Assembly: GCA_050014075.1 (NCBI GenBank)
Contig: JBEKEA010000003.1
Coordinates: 22,638 to 86,637, forward strand
Direction: 5' to 3'
From: Sedimentisphaerales bacterium
GTDB lineage: Bacteria > Planctomycetota > Phycisphaerae > Sedimentisphaerales > UBA12454
Length of the DNA stretch: 64,000 nt
In this document: positions 45,431-55,483 of the stretch, piece after piece
Layout of the letters: each line of letters starts with the position of its first letter
How positions within the stretch are numbered: position 1 is the stretch's first letter
Notes under the pieces: model-generated
Told to the model about the DNA's origin: nothing
Seen by the model: only the letters and a program-made list of their open reading frames with translations
The model's database searches: none
Position numbers and translations under genes: made by a program

Positions 45431-46942
45431 TTATGCAAGATTTTTTATATTCAATATACGCCGAACGAGCGATTTTTCTTCCTCATCCAAAAAAAACAGG
45501 AAATATAATAAACATACCGCGATATAAGTAGCTCCCATAATAAAAATAGTTAAGAAAATATTACTAACATCAAAAATGTTGACAACAGCCACGGCAAGCA
45601 AAAGAACAATAAAATAATATAACAGATTTGGAGCTATAGATTTCCTCCAGTAGTCTGAAAAGGACAATTGTAACCTCTTCAATATCGACCTTATTAAAAA
45701 GCAGGTTGTAATTATCATTGGAACAGTAGTACCGATTGCTACACCCACTATTCCAAGATATCTAATCAGAACTATGCTCAAAATAAGGTTTGAAACCGCA
45801 TTTATTATATTTGGATACAAAAACACATCTGTTTGGCCCTTGCCCATAATAACCATCTGCAACATAAGGAGCGTCCCGTTAAAAAACCACCATAAAAGCA
45901 ATACTTCCAAAGTCGGCACTGCTAATAAAAAATCCGTTCCAAGCCAGTTCACTATAAATTGCTTCGAGTAAACAAATGTAATTAATACCATTGGAATAAA
46001 TAAAGCTGTTTCCAGCTTGGTGTATTTAAATAAATAGCTCTTTTGTTTTTCATATTCTTCTTTGCCCTGCAATTCTGAAAAGGCCGCTATAAATGGTGCG
46101 CCTAATAGCCCATTAACCGAACAAATAGCCTCTTGAATTCTGGAAGCAGCATAATAAACCGTTACGCCGCCGGCAGAGATATATATTCCAATCAAAAAAT
46201 TATCTGTTTGGAAAATAAATATGCCACACAACAGCCCGATAAATATATAGGAACTAAATTTCATAATAAATCGGAATGTTTCCTTGTCAAAGTAGAATAT
46301 GCTTATTTTTATATGACTAAATTCTTTCCTCAGAATAAAAATATATGGTATCTGATACAAAATCAGAAAAACCTGAGATATTAGTACATAGATAACAAAA
46401 GAACTTGTAAACCTAAATACTAAATATACTAAAATCAGACGAGTGATATTGGATAAAATATCAACCTTATTGACTATATCAAAACGGTTCAGTCCGCAAA
46501 TTGCATTATAAAAAGGTATAAAGGGCCATCTGAAAAACGCAGTCAATGCACTGATATAAATCAGTTGTTTACCTTGTATAATATAGTCAGGATTAACATT
46601 GAATATTTTGTGATAAACAAATGATAGAATTAACAGCAAAAATGCGATAACCACTCCTATTGCCGTATAAAAAGACAGAGAGGTATTAAATACCTTTTCA
46701 AGTTTGTCATATTTTTTACCGGCACTAAATTCGGAAACATATTTCATTACTGCCGAACCTACCCCTATGTCCAGAATACCCAGCCATCCGGAAAACGTAA
46801 GCACAATCACGCTAATCCCATACAGCTCCTTCTCTACCTTAGACATAAGATAAGGGAAGATGGCAAGATTAGCAGAGACTGCAATTATTTTGCCTAACGT
46901 ATTATAGGCTATTGATCTGCTGGTTTTAAGTGTGAGTGACAT
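45431..46942 (-). CDS. wzx: Wzx-type oligosaccharide flippase (MOP/polysaccharide biosynthesis protein family)
   Basis: 503-aa ORF with ~12-14 TM helices and the N-terminus typical of Wzx flippases (NTLGKIIAVSANLAIFPYLM). Confidence 0.8.
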   Translation of the reverse strand: MSLTLKTSRSIAYNTLGKIIAVSANLAIFPYLMSKVEKELYGISVIVLTFSGWLGILDIGVGSAVMKYVSEFSAGKKYDKLEKVFNTSLSFYTAIGVVIAFLLLILSFVYHKIFNVNPDYIIQGKQLIYISALTAFFRWPFIPFYNAICGLNRFDIVNKVDILSNITRLILVYLVFRFTSSFVIYVLISQVFLILYQIPYIFILRKEFSHIKISIFYFDKETFRFIMKFSSYIFIGLLCGIFIFQTDNFLIGIYISAGGVTVYYAASRIQEAICSVNGLLGAPFIAAFSELQGKEEYEKQKSYLFKYTKLETALFIPMVLITFVYSKQFIVNWLGTDFLLAVPTLEVLLLWWFFNGTLLMLQMVIMGKGQTDVFLYPNIINAVSNLILSIVLIRYLGIVGVAIGTTVPMIITTCFLIRSILKRLQLSFSDYWRKSIAPNLLYYFIVLLLAVAVVNIFDVSNIFLTIFIMGATYIAVCLLYFLFFLDEEEKSLVRRILNIKNLA

Positions 46943-47002
46943 TATAACAATTCCAAACTGGAAATAAATGGAATCAGTTTTACAAAATGCAGGCGGTCTT
47001 TT

Positions 47003-48121
47003 TCAATTCGGCTTTATAGAGCGAATTGTATCAATTATATAATGAAGCTCATCTTTAGTTAAATCAATCCATAACGGCAGACTTAACACCTCATTTGCTA
47101 TTCTTTCAGTTATAGGAAAAGCTCCTTTTGTTAGTTTCATATCTTCATAAGCTTTTTGGAGATGCGGAGGGATAGGGTAATGAATAAGCGTCGATATGCC
47201 GGCATTACTTAACTCAAGTTGAATTCTATCTCTGTTTAGACTTCGGATGACAAAAAGATGCCACACGGGTTCTGCAAAATCAGGAACTAACGGAAGTACC
47301 AGTCCTGTATCTTTAAGCTCTTCAGTATAAATCGAAGCGATCTTCTGCCGCTCCAGATTCCATTTGTCCAAATAATCAAGTTTTACTTTTAAAATAGCCG
47401 CCTGTATCTCATCCAGTCTTGTATTAAAACCTTTATATATATTATAGTATTTTTGGGTAGAACCGTAGTTTCTCAGGCTCCTTATACGTTCCACCAATTC
47501 GGGGTCATTAGTGGTAACACAGCCGCCATCTCCAAGAGCTCCAAGGTTTTTTGATGGATAAAAACTGAAACCTGCAGCATCACCCAAACTTCCTACTTTC
47601 CTGTTTTTATATACCGCTCCATGCGCCTGTGCAGCATCTTCTATAACCTTTAGATTATATCTCGAAGCAATAGATATAATCGGGTCCATATCTACAGGCT
47701 GGCCATATAGGTGAACACAAAGTATAGCTTTAGTTTTAGAAGTAATCGCCTTTTCTATTAATGCCGGATTTATATTGTATGTCCGCTCGTCAGGCTCAAC
47801 AAATACCGGTGTTGCGCCGGCATAATTTACAGCTAAAACTGTTGCAATGTATGTATTGGCGGGAACAATTACTTCATCACCATTGCCGATATTATAACCT
47901 CGCAAAATCAAATGAAGGGCATCCAGGCAATTGCCCACCCCTACACAATGTCTGACATTGCAATATTTCGCAAATTGGTTTTCGAATAATTTAACCTCTT
48001 CGCCAAGAATATACCATTCAGAATCTATCACTTTGTTGATAGCCTTTTGAATCTGATGGCGCACTTGATCGTGTTGTCTTTTTAGATTAAGAAATGGTAT
48101 ATTTTTTACAGAGGTTGTCAT
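47003..48121 (-). CDS. DegT/DnrJ/EryC1/StrS family NDP-sugar aminotransferase
   Basis: 372-aa [42 protein letters not shown] (PLP Lys) and the [12 protein letters not shown] motif. Confidence 0.9.
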   Translation of the reverse strand: MTTSVKNIPFLNLKRQHDQVRHQIQKAINKVIDSEWYILGEEVKLFENQFAKYCNVRHCVGVGNCLDALHLILRGYNIGNGDEVIVPANTYIATVLAVNYAGATPVFVEPDERTYNINPALIEKAITSKTKAILCVHLYGQPVDMDPIISIASRYNLKVIEDAAQAHGAVYKNRKVGSLGDAAGFSFYPSKNLGALGDGGCVTTNDPELVERIRSLRNYGSTQKYYNIYKGFNTRLDEIQAAILKVKLDYLDKWNLERQKIASIYTEELKDTGLVLPLVPDFAEPVWHLFVIRSLNRDRIQLELSNAGISTLIHYPIPPHLQKAYEDMKLTKGAFPITERIANEVLSLPLWIDLTKDELHYIIDTIRSIKPN

Positions 48122-48138
48122 AATATGATTACCGTTTT

Positions 48139-49212
48139 TTAATGTTTTATTATCTTCAGTTCAGTGGCAGCTTCCAAACATGCTGTTACTGTTATCCCGC
48201 TATTTATGACACAATCATTTCCAATCTTAATTTTTGGAACAAAGCAACAATTCGTACCTATTATCGTTCTGTCTCCGATAACAACAGAACCTGATGTGGA
48301 AACAGATGGTCCCAATAAACACGAATCGCCAATGACATTATGGTGTTCGACAATACACCCTGCAGCAATCCAACAATTATTTCCTATGAGAGCAAAGTGC
48401 CCAACGTAGGTATTTGCAGCAATGAAATTACCCCTGCCCATTTTAACATTTCCCTCAATAACAGCTTTGGGGTGAATTATATTAATAAAATTAAAATTAC
48501 TGCTGTATCTCTGATAAAATGAATGACGAAAACCCATATCAGAAGAAATTGAAACCGCTATATTGAAAAAAGGATTCTTGCTGTAAACGGTTTCAAGATC
48601 ACTGATAGCCCCTAACACCTTATAACCGCAAACAGAATCTACTTTTCCATAAAGAACTGAATCAAGAAAACCAAGAACGTTATATTTATAATGATCTTTA
48701 AGAATTTGTGAAATAAACTCACCTCCTCTACCGGCTCCAACAATTACAAGATTATTATCTTCCGCGGGGGTAATAGATATTTTTCTCGAACTTTCTATAT
48801 GCTTTATAACATCTTTTTCTTTTATTATCTTACCTGCCCAGATATCTGCTATATTCAAGCCTGCTTCATCAATAAGTTTTTGGGCCTTTTTTGTAGCTCG
48901 CGTAATGCCACGTTGAGATTCTTCACTGTTTATAATTTTGCCATTGGACGAAAATTTCGGCACAAACTCTTTAGATTCTGCAACCATGGCAACAACTGCC
49001 TGGCACTTAACCTTATCTCCTTTCTTAACATTTTTATTAGTAAATATGTATCCGTTTTGCTCAGATTCAATTTCATAGGTAGATTTAGATGTTTCCAGAA
49101 CACATACTACATCGCCCTTCTTAATATACTGGCCATCTTCAACACACCATTCTATAAATGCAGCAAATTCGGAATTCACATCTAAACGAGGCACAATTAT
49201 TTTGTTTAACAT
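48139..49212 (-). CDS. E2-like fusion: lipoyl-attachment domain + peripheral-subunit-binding-like segment + NeuD/PglD-type hexapeptide sugar acyltransferase
   Basis: 357-aa [21 protein letters not shown] is a lipoyl-Lys hairpin (compare ETDKA). [22 protein letters not shown]...KEKDVIKHI is PSBD-like. [17 protein letters not shown] is followed by left-handed beta-helix repeats ([44 protein letters not shown]). The start overlaps the E1beta stop (ATGTTAA). Confidence 0.7.
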   Translation of the reverse strand: MLNKIIVPRLDVNSEFAAFIEWCVEDGQYIKKGDVVCVLETSKSTYEIESEQNGYIFTNKNVKKGDKVKCQAVVAMVAESKEFVPKFSSNGKIINSEESQRGITRATKKAQKLIDEAGLNIADIWAGKIIKEKDVIKHIESSRKISITPAEDNNLVIVGAGRGGEFISQILKDHYKYNVLGFLDSVLYGKVDSVCGYKVLGAISDLETVYSKNPFFNIAVSISSDMGFRHSFYQRYSSNFNFINIIHPKAVIEGNVKMGRGNFIAANTYVGHFALIGNNCWIAAGCIVEHHNVIGDSCLLGPSVSTSGSVVIGDRTIIGTNCCFVPKIKIGNDCVINSGITVTACLEAATELKIIKH

Positions 49213-50228
49213 CTATATATCCTCTTAATTTTGTTTTTTACGTCTTCTTTGCTCGGCAAAACTAAATTCTCCAGATATTTCGCGCTCGGTATCGGCAAAT
49301 CTTTCGATGCTATTCTAAGTACGGGAGATTTCAAACAGCCAAAATATTTTTCCTGAACCACTGATGCAACTTCCGCCCCCCACCCGCCAGTTATCGTTCC
49401 TTCCTCCACTATTATTAATCGACCCGTCTTTAACAAAGATTCCTCTAATACATCTGCATCAAAAGGCTTAATAAGAGAAGGAACTACTATTTCAACAAAT
49501 ATTTCTTCTTCAATCAGCACTTCAAGAGCCGCTTGCTCTGCCAAGGTTACCATACCTCCGTAAGTCAGCACAGTAACATCTGGATCCTTAAAATTATTTG
49601 TCGAAAGAAGAATAGTTGGGTATAAATCCTTGTCGGTATATCGTCTTATCGAAAACTCATCAACAAAACCATTTTTTCCCTCCCTTAATTCTTCAGAATA
49701 AAGGCTTTTGTTTTCAATAAAGAGTACAGGCCCCTTATCTTTGGCTGCTGCAGATTCAAGAAGTTCTCCGACATTATGGTAATAGCTTAATGCTACTATC
49801 TTCAGAAACGGAACTCCTAAAAATAATTTCTCCAGGGACTGACTATGTGTTGGTCCATATCCTCGCCCTCCTCCCATAGGCGTTCTAATAACCAAAGAAA
49901 ATTCCACCTGGTTGTTATACATCCATTTATATTTACTTATGTGATTAACAATCTGATCCATCGAAAGAGTTATGAAATCCCCAAACATAATTTCAACTAT
50001 AGGAATCATTCCCCTCATTGCCAAACCTGAGGCAATACCAACAATAGCTGCCTCACTAATTGGTGTACAATGAACCTGCGAAGGGTATTTCGTGGAAAGC
50101 CCTTTGGTAACTTTAAAGGCCCCGCCATAAGGATCTGAAATGTCCTCGCCTAAAATATGTACGCACTTGTTTGAGCTTAATAAGCGATCCAGTGCAAAAT
50201 TTAATTCGTTGGCAATGGTTTTTTTCAT
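49206..50228 (-). CDS. 2-oxoacid dehydrogenase E1 component beta subunit (transketolase-like Pyr + C-terminal domains)
   Basis: 340-aa ORF. ILGEDISDPYGGAFKVTKGL, TPISEAAIVGIASGLAMRG, DQIVNH, GPTHSQS and PVLFIENKSLY follow the E1beta consensus. Confidence 0.85.
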   Translation of the reverse strand: MKKTIANELNFALDRLLSSNKCVHILGEDISDPYGGAFKVTKGLSTKYPSQVHCTPISEAAIVGIASGLAMRGMIPIVEIMFGDFITLSMDQIVNHISKYKWMYNNQVEFSLVIRTPMGGGRGYGPTHSQSLEKLFLGVPFLKIVALSYYHNVGELLESAAAKDKGPVLFIENKSLYSEELREGKNGFVDEFSIRRYTDKDLYPTILLSTNNFKDPDVTVLTYGGMVTLAEQAALEVLIEEEIFVEIVVPSLIKPFDADVLEESLLKTGRLIIVEEGTITGGWGAEVASVVQEKYFGCLKSPVLRIASKDLPIPSAKYLENLVLPSKEDVKNKIKRIYRC

Positions 50229-50229
50229 T

Positions 50230-51171
50230 CTAAATCATTATACTAAGGTCTTGTTTCGTGGCATATTCAACAGCTTTAGATATACGATTGCTTACATCAG
50301 TATCTAAAGCTGTTCTCTCGGCAGCATCAAGCAGTTTACCGCACAACTTTAAAGGGTCGAGTTCCTTCCTTTTTTCTATTTCTTCTACAGACCTGTAATC
50401 ATCGCTTTTACTATGTGGGCAAAAACGATAAGTGTCTATCTGCAGGAAGAAAGGATGGATATTTTTTCTGACATAATTTACTGCATACTCTGCTATTTCA
50501 TAAACTTGAAAGACATCCGTCGTTGCAATTTGAGTCGCCTCTATTCCAAAGGCTTGAGCTCTCGCCAACATACTGCCTGCAACCGCATCTTTGTAGTATG
50601 TACTTTGTGCGTATTCGTTGTTTTCCAATACAAACAGGATAGGCACCTGCCATAAAGATGCGATATTCATAGATTCGTATAAAACTCCCTGACCAAGAGT
50701 TCCGTCTCCAATATAAACAATGATTATACTGCCTGAATTCTTAATCTTTTCCGCATAGGCCATTCCTGTGGCACATGGAACAATACCTCCTTGTACGCCA
50801 TTAGAATAAAAATTACCTCTACAAAGGTGCTGGCTCCCTCCCCTACCGCCGCATACACCATTTTTCCTTCCCATAAGCTCACATAACAGCCCTTCAACAT
50901 CATCAGTATAAGTAAGGTAGTGGCCATGACATCTATGACTGCTGAATACGACATCATTCTTTGATATGTTTGCAAGAACGCCTAAGGCGTCCGCTTCTTG
51001 CCCGATATAAGCATGGGTGGTGCCATAGATTAAATCTTTGGAGAAAAGCGATAATACCTCTTCTTCAAATCGTCTGATTAAAAGCATCCTGTAGAAAAAA
51101 TACTCTGCTTTCTGAATGCGGCTCAGTTTCTTAAATTCTGCGGTATCTATTATTTCCACTAACTTTTCCAA
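50230..51171 (-). CDS. 2-oxoacid dehydrogenase E1 component alpha subunit (TPP-binding)
   Basis: 313-aa ORF. GTTHAYIGQEA, HRCHGH, GGSQH and the TPP motif IGDGTLGQGVLYESMNIASLWQVPILFVLENNEYA. Confidence 0.85.
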   Translation of the reverse strand: MEKLVEIIDTAEFKKLSRIQKAEYFFYRMLLIRRFEEEVLSLFSKDLIYGTTHAYIGQEADALGVLANISKNDVVFSSHRCHGHYLTYTDDVEGLLCELMGRKNGVCGGRGGSQHLCRGNFYSNGVQGGIVPCATGMAYAEKIKNSGSIIIVYIGDGTLGQGVLYESMNIASLWQVPILFVLENNEYAQSTYYKDAVAGSMLARAQAFGIEATQIATTDVFQVYEIAEYAVNYVRKNIHPFFLQIDTYRFCPHSKSDDYRSVEEIEKRKELDPLKLCGKLLDAAERTALDTDVSNRISKAVEYATKQDLSIMI

Positions 51172-52148
51172 TAAAACTGTTTATATTTACGATAATATTT
51201 AATCGTTCTTGCAAGTCCTTCTTCTGTAGAGATGCCGGGCTCCCAATTTGTAAACACTTTAATCTTGGAAATATCAGAATAGAAATCTCCCGGTTCTTGA
51301 GCCTTCCTCTCTGCAGAAAAGGGAGCAAATTCCCAGTTTCCGGAACCTGCAACTTCAATTATTTTTTCTGCTAACTGTTTGAAACTTATAGGTTTATCAA
51401 TTCCAACATTAAAAATCTCACCATATGCTCTTTCGCAGACAGCACATCGCAAGATTGCATCTACGCAATCATCCACATAAAGAACATCTCGCAGCAGAGA
51501 GCCGTCACCAAAAACTTTTATAGCTTGAGCATCAATTGCTAATCTGATAAACCAATTTACAACACCGTAATGATGATGAAGCATTTGTGCTCTTGGACCA
51601 TAAATATTGGTCAATCTCAGCATAACCGACCTCACACCATGGATATCATTATAGACTTTTAATATCTTTTCTGCCGTCAAATTCGCAATTTCATGAATAC
51701 CCTTCGGATTTGTTGGTGTGTCTTCGCTCACAGGCAATTTGACACAGGCTCCATATACACCTCTGGTGCCGGCATATATTATCACTGCATCTTTGTTAAA
51801 CTTGCGACACGCTTCAGCCAAAATAGCTGTCCCCTTGATATTTATATCTATATCAGGAAAAGGGTCTGAAAGACTTAACACATGAGAAACCTGTCCGGCA
51901 AGATGAAAAACATAATCTTTCCCTCTTATGATATGATTCATTACACTTTCACTGTTTATATCACCAAAATTTATGTGAATCCTATCCTTAATGGATTCAA
52001 CATTAAAAATATTGCCTCCATGATTTGCCAGCATATTATCAATCACTGTAACGTTCGCCCCTTCATCAACCAACTTGATAGCTAAATTACTGCCAATAAA
52101 CCCCAGACCGCCTGTGATTAAAACATTCTTATTCTTAAACCTGTTCAA
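51159..52148 (-). CDS. extended-SDR nucleotide-sugar epimerase/dehydratase-like protein with non-canonical active-site segment
   Basis: 329-aa ORF. VLITGGLGFIGSNL Rossmann motif and GTRGVYG. Where Y-x3-K is expected, the sequence reads NPKGIHEIANLTAEK. Confidence 0.7.
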   Translation of the reverse strand: MNRFKNKNVLITGGLGFIGSNLAIKLVDEGANVTVIDNMLANHGGNIFNVESIKDRIHINFGDINSESVMNHIIRGKDYVFHLAGQVSHVLSLSDPFPDIDINIKGTAILAEACRKFNKDAVIIYAGTRGVYGACVKLPVSEDTPTNPKGIHEIANLTAEKILKVYNDIHGVRSVMLRLTNIYGPRAQMLHHHYGVVNWFIRLAIDAQAIKVFGDGSLLRDVLYVDDCVDAILRCAVCERAYGEIFNVGIDKPISFKQLAEKIIEVAGSGNWEFAPFSAERKAQEPGDFYSDISKIKVFTNWEPGISTEEGLARTIKYYRKYKQFYWKS

Positions 52149-52180
52149 TTCTTATTTCTCCCTTAAAAACATTAAGACCG

Positions 52181-53212
52181 TTATAAAATATTGGAATGTT
52201 TCATATTATTAAGACGATTAAACGCTTCATTTATTAATTCCGTCTTGCAGTATTTTGGGCATTTCTTTAAGTTTAACTTGGATAACTTCTTTTCCATCCT
52301 GTCAAACCTAAAAATGTCCTCAAGATTTTCATTTGTAAAATTTCCCAAAATATAATCTTTATCACCCAAAAACTCACAACATGTGTATACATTGCCATCA
52401 GCACCAAAAACCGCTATAAAATGGGGCGAAATACATCTATCGTAATTTTTACCATATCCTGAACACAACCTAAATCTCTCTCGCCTCACAAGAACCTTAA
52501 ATTTCTCATTGGAAAGCTTTTCTATCTCATCAATAGATTTATCAATTTCTACAACCTCATTGATTTTATTGTTTATGTTGATAGCAGGACGTATTTCTAC
52601 AAAATCCACACTCAAGGTTTTCAGCCTTTTCACCATAGAGATAGTCTCTTTTCTGTTCTCGGCAACCTGCAGTAATTGTACGCCGATAAGACACTCACTC
52701 TTAACTTTCGTTTTACCTAAAGACTCAATTTTGGAAAGCACTCTCTCAAACTCTTTTATATCTACACCATGTAATTTAGAATATATCTCCGCGACACCAG
52801 CATCCAAACTGATTCTGATATATTTAGAAATTGGCTTTAAGCGGTTTATGCTGTCCTCATCCAACAAAGCGCCATTGGTGATTAATCCAACATCTATCCC
52901 AAGCCTGTGAGCTTTTTCCATTGCTTCAACAGTAAATTTATTCGTAAGAGGTTCTCCTCCCCCGGTAAAATTTATCCCCCTCACACCTATAGCCTTTAAA
53001 TCAGTTGGCAATCTCAACAAAATATCCTTGTCCAAAATTTCCTTATGTTCCTCCAAAAAACCAGAGTAAACACACCATATGCATTTATGGTTGCAAAAAT
53101 TACTGGGCGAAAGATCCACCGAAACCGGATAGGGAGATTTCCCTGATTGATATCTGGCGATCTTGTCTGCGTGACAAAATATTTTCATAGAACTGAACTG
53201 ATTATCATTCAT
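52181..53212 (-). CDS. radical SAM enzyme (no B12 domain) with C-terminal Cys-rich auxiliary-cluster-like region
   Basis: 343-aa ORF. SPSNFCNHKCIWC (C-x3-C-x2-C), FTGGGEPL and C-terminal cysteines (CSGYGKNYDRC...YTCCEF...KKCPKYC). Confidence 0.8.
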   Translation of the reverse strand: MNDNQFSSMKIFCHADKIARYQSGKSPYPVSVDLSPSNFCNHKCIWCVYSGFLEEHKEILDKDILLRLPTDLKAIGVRGINFTGGGEPLTNKFTVEAMEKAHRLGIDVGLITNGALLDEDSINRLKPISKYIRISLDAGVAEIYSKLHGVDIKEFERVLSKIESLGKTKVKSECLIGVQLLQVAENRKETISMVKRLKTLSVDFVEIRPAININNKINEVVEIDKSIDEIEKLSNEKFKVLVRRERFRLCSGYGKNYDRCISPHFIAVFGADGNVYTCCEFLGDKDYILGNFTNENLEDIFRFDRMEKKLSKLNLKKCPKYCKTELINEAFNRLNNMKHSNIL

Positions 53213-53234
53213 TTCCTAAGGCCGAACCTTTCTC

Positions 53235-54551
53235 TCATGAACTAATCGCTAATAAATTTCTTTTTGCGATTGTATGTTTTTTGACAATCCTAATCCATGC
53301 TATCGCCATGCCGCAAATAACCCAAAAATCATATCTAAGATATGATGCCATACCTTGAATAAAACTGATACACATAATAGAAGTCAGACAAAATAATATA
53401 TTTCGTTCCCAATTGCACCCTATTTTATTCCTGATTCTCAGGGACATCGTTAATAATGTGATTATTATAGATACTACAAATATAAAATACATCACAAATG
53501 TAATTATCCCATTTTCTGCAAACATGTTCAAAAATTGATTATGCGTCCCTTCATCAACAAACATATTCAGATTATATCCTCCGACACCCCAAAAAAAATG
53601 CTGCATTCCTACTTCAAAAGATTTACTCAAAATATGAAACCGCTCGCCAAACAAGGCAATTGAAAGGTCGCCGCCTCTACCGCTCAGTTTCAGCAGCAAG
53701 TTATTTAATGTCGTAAATCTCTCGAGATGAGAGTGAAAGTATTTATCTGTAATAAAATAAGTAATCAAGCCAATACTCAATATGTATACCAGAAATTTGG
53801 AAAATCTAAACTTCAGCATAGTATATACAACAACCCCAATAACAAGACCCGCAAAACCACTTCTTGAAAAAGTCATAAGAACACAGTAAATATCCAGCAT
53901 GCCGGCGCCAATTAAAAAAACATTCCATTTGCTGTTTTTCTGCAGGAGGGAAATGTTAATTATAAACATAACAGCAAAAATATATCCCAAGGTATTAGCA
54001 TTTATACCAAAAACAGTCAGCCTGTAGGTGACCGGTTTGCCTGCCTGCCAAGTTTTCAGATAAGCCGCTATCTCAGAAATATTCGAGAACGACAAGATGA
54101 GCACTGCGAAAACAGTCCCCACCAGGGAAAACACTACCAACAATGATAACACATCCTCTTTGGTCTTCAATCGCCAAAACACTAATACGCACAGAAAATA
54201 AAAAAACAGATAGTTCCTTAAATATAAAAACCCTAACATAACATCATAAGCATTAAGCGCTGACATCAATATCGGCACCAACATTAATAATAGGACAACA
54301 ATGTTCCGATTACACAATTCACTAAATTGTCGGAGTTTTACTCCCCTTATTATATAAAGATACACCAGAACAGCGATAATTGCATTCGTACTTATTATGT
54401 GATAGAATGAAATACCAGCGTTCTTCATATACTCAGCCCCAGTATTAGGAAGCTCCAAAAAAATACTGGCAAAAATGATGTATAATATATAATTAATGAT
54501 ATTATGTTTTTTAATTATTAGGATGCTTTTCAAAACTTTCTTAACCCACAA
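53235..54551 (-). CDS. O-antigen polymerase/ligase family (Wzy-like) membrane protein
   Basis: 438-aa polytopic ORF (~10-12 TM) with a Wzy_C-like segment (TFSRSGFAGLVIGVVVY) and a larger loop before the last helices. Confidence 0.65.
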   Translation of the reverse strand: MWVKKVLKSILIIKKHNIINYILYIIFASIFLELPNTGAEYMKNAGISFYHIISTNAIIAVLVYLYIIRGVKLRQFSELCNRNIVVLLLMLVPILMSALNAYDVMLGFLYLRNYLFFYFLCVLVFWRLKTKEDVLSLLVVFSLVGTVFAVLILSFSNISEIAAYLKTWQAGKPVTYRLTVFGINANTLGYIFAVMFIINISLLQKNSKWNVFLIGAGMLDIYCVLMTFSRSGFAGLVIGVVVYTMLKFRFSKFLVYILSIGLITYFITDKYFHSHLERFTTLNNLLLKLSGRGGDLSIALFGERFHILSKSFEVGMQHFFWGVGGYNLNMFVDEGTHNQFLNMFAENGIITFVMYFIFVVSIIITLLTMSLRIRNKIGCNWERNILFCLTSIMCISFIQGMASYLRYDFWVICGMAIAWIRIVKKHTIAKRNLLAISS

Positions 54552-55482
54552 ATCTTTTTTTAATTATTCTTTTAAAGTTACAATAGCTCCTCCCTGGAAG
54601 AACAAAAATAAATGCCGTGTATGCCTGTAATAACAACAGATGATAATAACAGGTCGTAATGCCGTTTTTAATGGTATTTTTCCAATCCCTTTTAACTATA
54701 TAAGCTTTGGTAAATCTCAAATACAGATTGGAATATGCCCGCAGAACAGTAGTTTTTTTAATAAGTTTGGGATGAGAGGCTAAAAAAATTTCTAGGACAC
54801 TTAAATTTTCAAAAATTGTTTTTTCTACGCTTAAAGTACTGCTGTTGTGCTTATGAGTTCTATACAAAGCTAAGACTTTACTTATATACCCAACCTTTAT
54901 ATATGGAGACACCCTTAGTGAAAATTCATAATCACAGGCTATGGCATATTTCTCATCCCAATAACCATACTTTTCAAACAAGTCCTTTTTATACATTGGT
55001 ACTATGCCGGATATAAAGTTTGCAACCAAAAGACTATCGGTAATTTGTCCCCAGTAAGGCTTAACAAACCTGTTAAATCTATACAAGATTTTCCCATCTT
55101 CATTCATAACGTTTATGTCAGCATAAACCAGAGAAAATTCAGGGTCCTCATTGAATTTTTCAATCTGCTCCTGCAATTTATTTGGCAGCCAGATATCGTC
55201 TGAGCCAACCGGTGCAATGTATTTGCCTTTGCACATCTTAAATGCCGTATTTATGGCTCTTGCAAATCCTCTGTTTTGCTGACGAACAAACCGTATCTTC
55301 TCCGGATATTGTTTTGCAACATCCTCTATAATATCCGCCGTCGAATCAGTAGAGCCATCGTCAATAACAATTAATTCAAAGTCTTTAAAGGTCTGATTAA
55401 GTATGCTTTCGAGCAATGTTCGAATATACTTTTCGTGATTGTAGGCTGCAACAACGACAGAAACTTCGGGGGCTTGCAACAC
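54541..55482 (-). CDS. glycosyltransferase family 2
   Basis: 313-aa ORF. VSVVVAAYNHEKYIRTLLESILNQTFKDFELIVIDDGSTD plus a downstream GSDD (DxD-like) motif. Confidence 0.85.
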   Translation of the reverse strand: MLQAPEVSVVVAAYNHEKYIRTLLESILNQTFKDFELIVIDDGSTDSTADIIEDVAKQYPEKIRFVRQQNRGFARAINTAFKMCKGKYIAPVGSDDIWLPNKLQEQIEKFNEDPEFSLVYADINVMNEDGKILYRFNRFVKPYWGQITDSLLVANFISGIVPMYKKDLFEKYGYWDEKYAIACDYEFSLRVSPYIKVGYISKVLALYRTHKHNSSTLSVEKTIFENLSVLEIFLASHPKLIKKTTVLRAYSNLYLRFTKAYIVKRDWKNTIKNGITTCYYHLLLLQAYTAFIFVLPGRSYCNFKRIIKKRFVG

Positions 55483-55483
55483 T

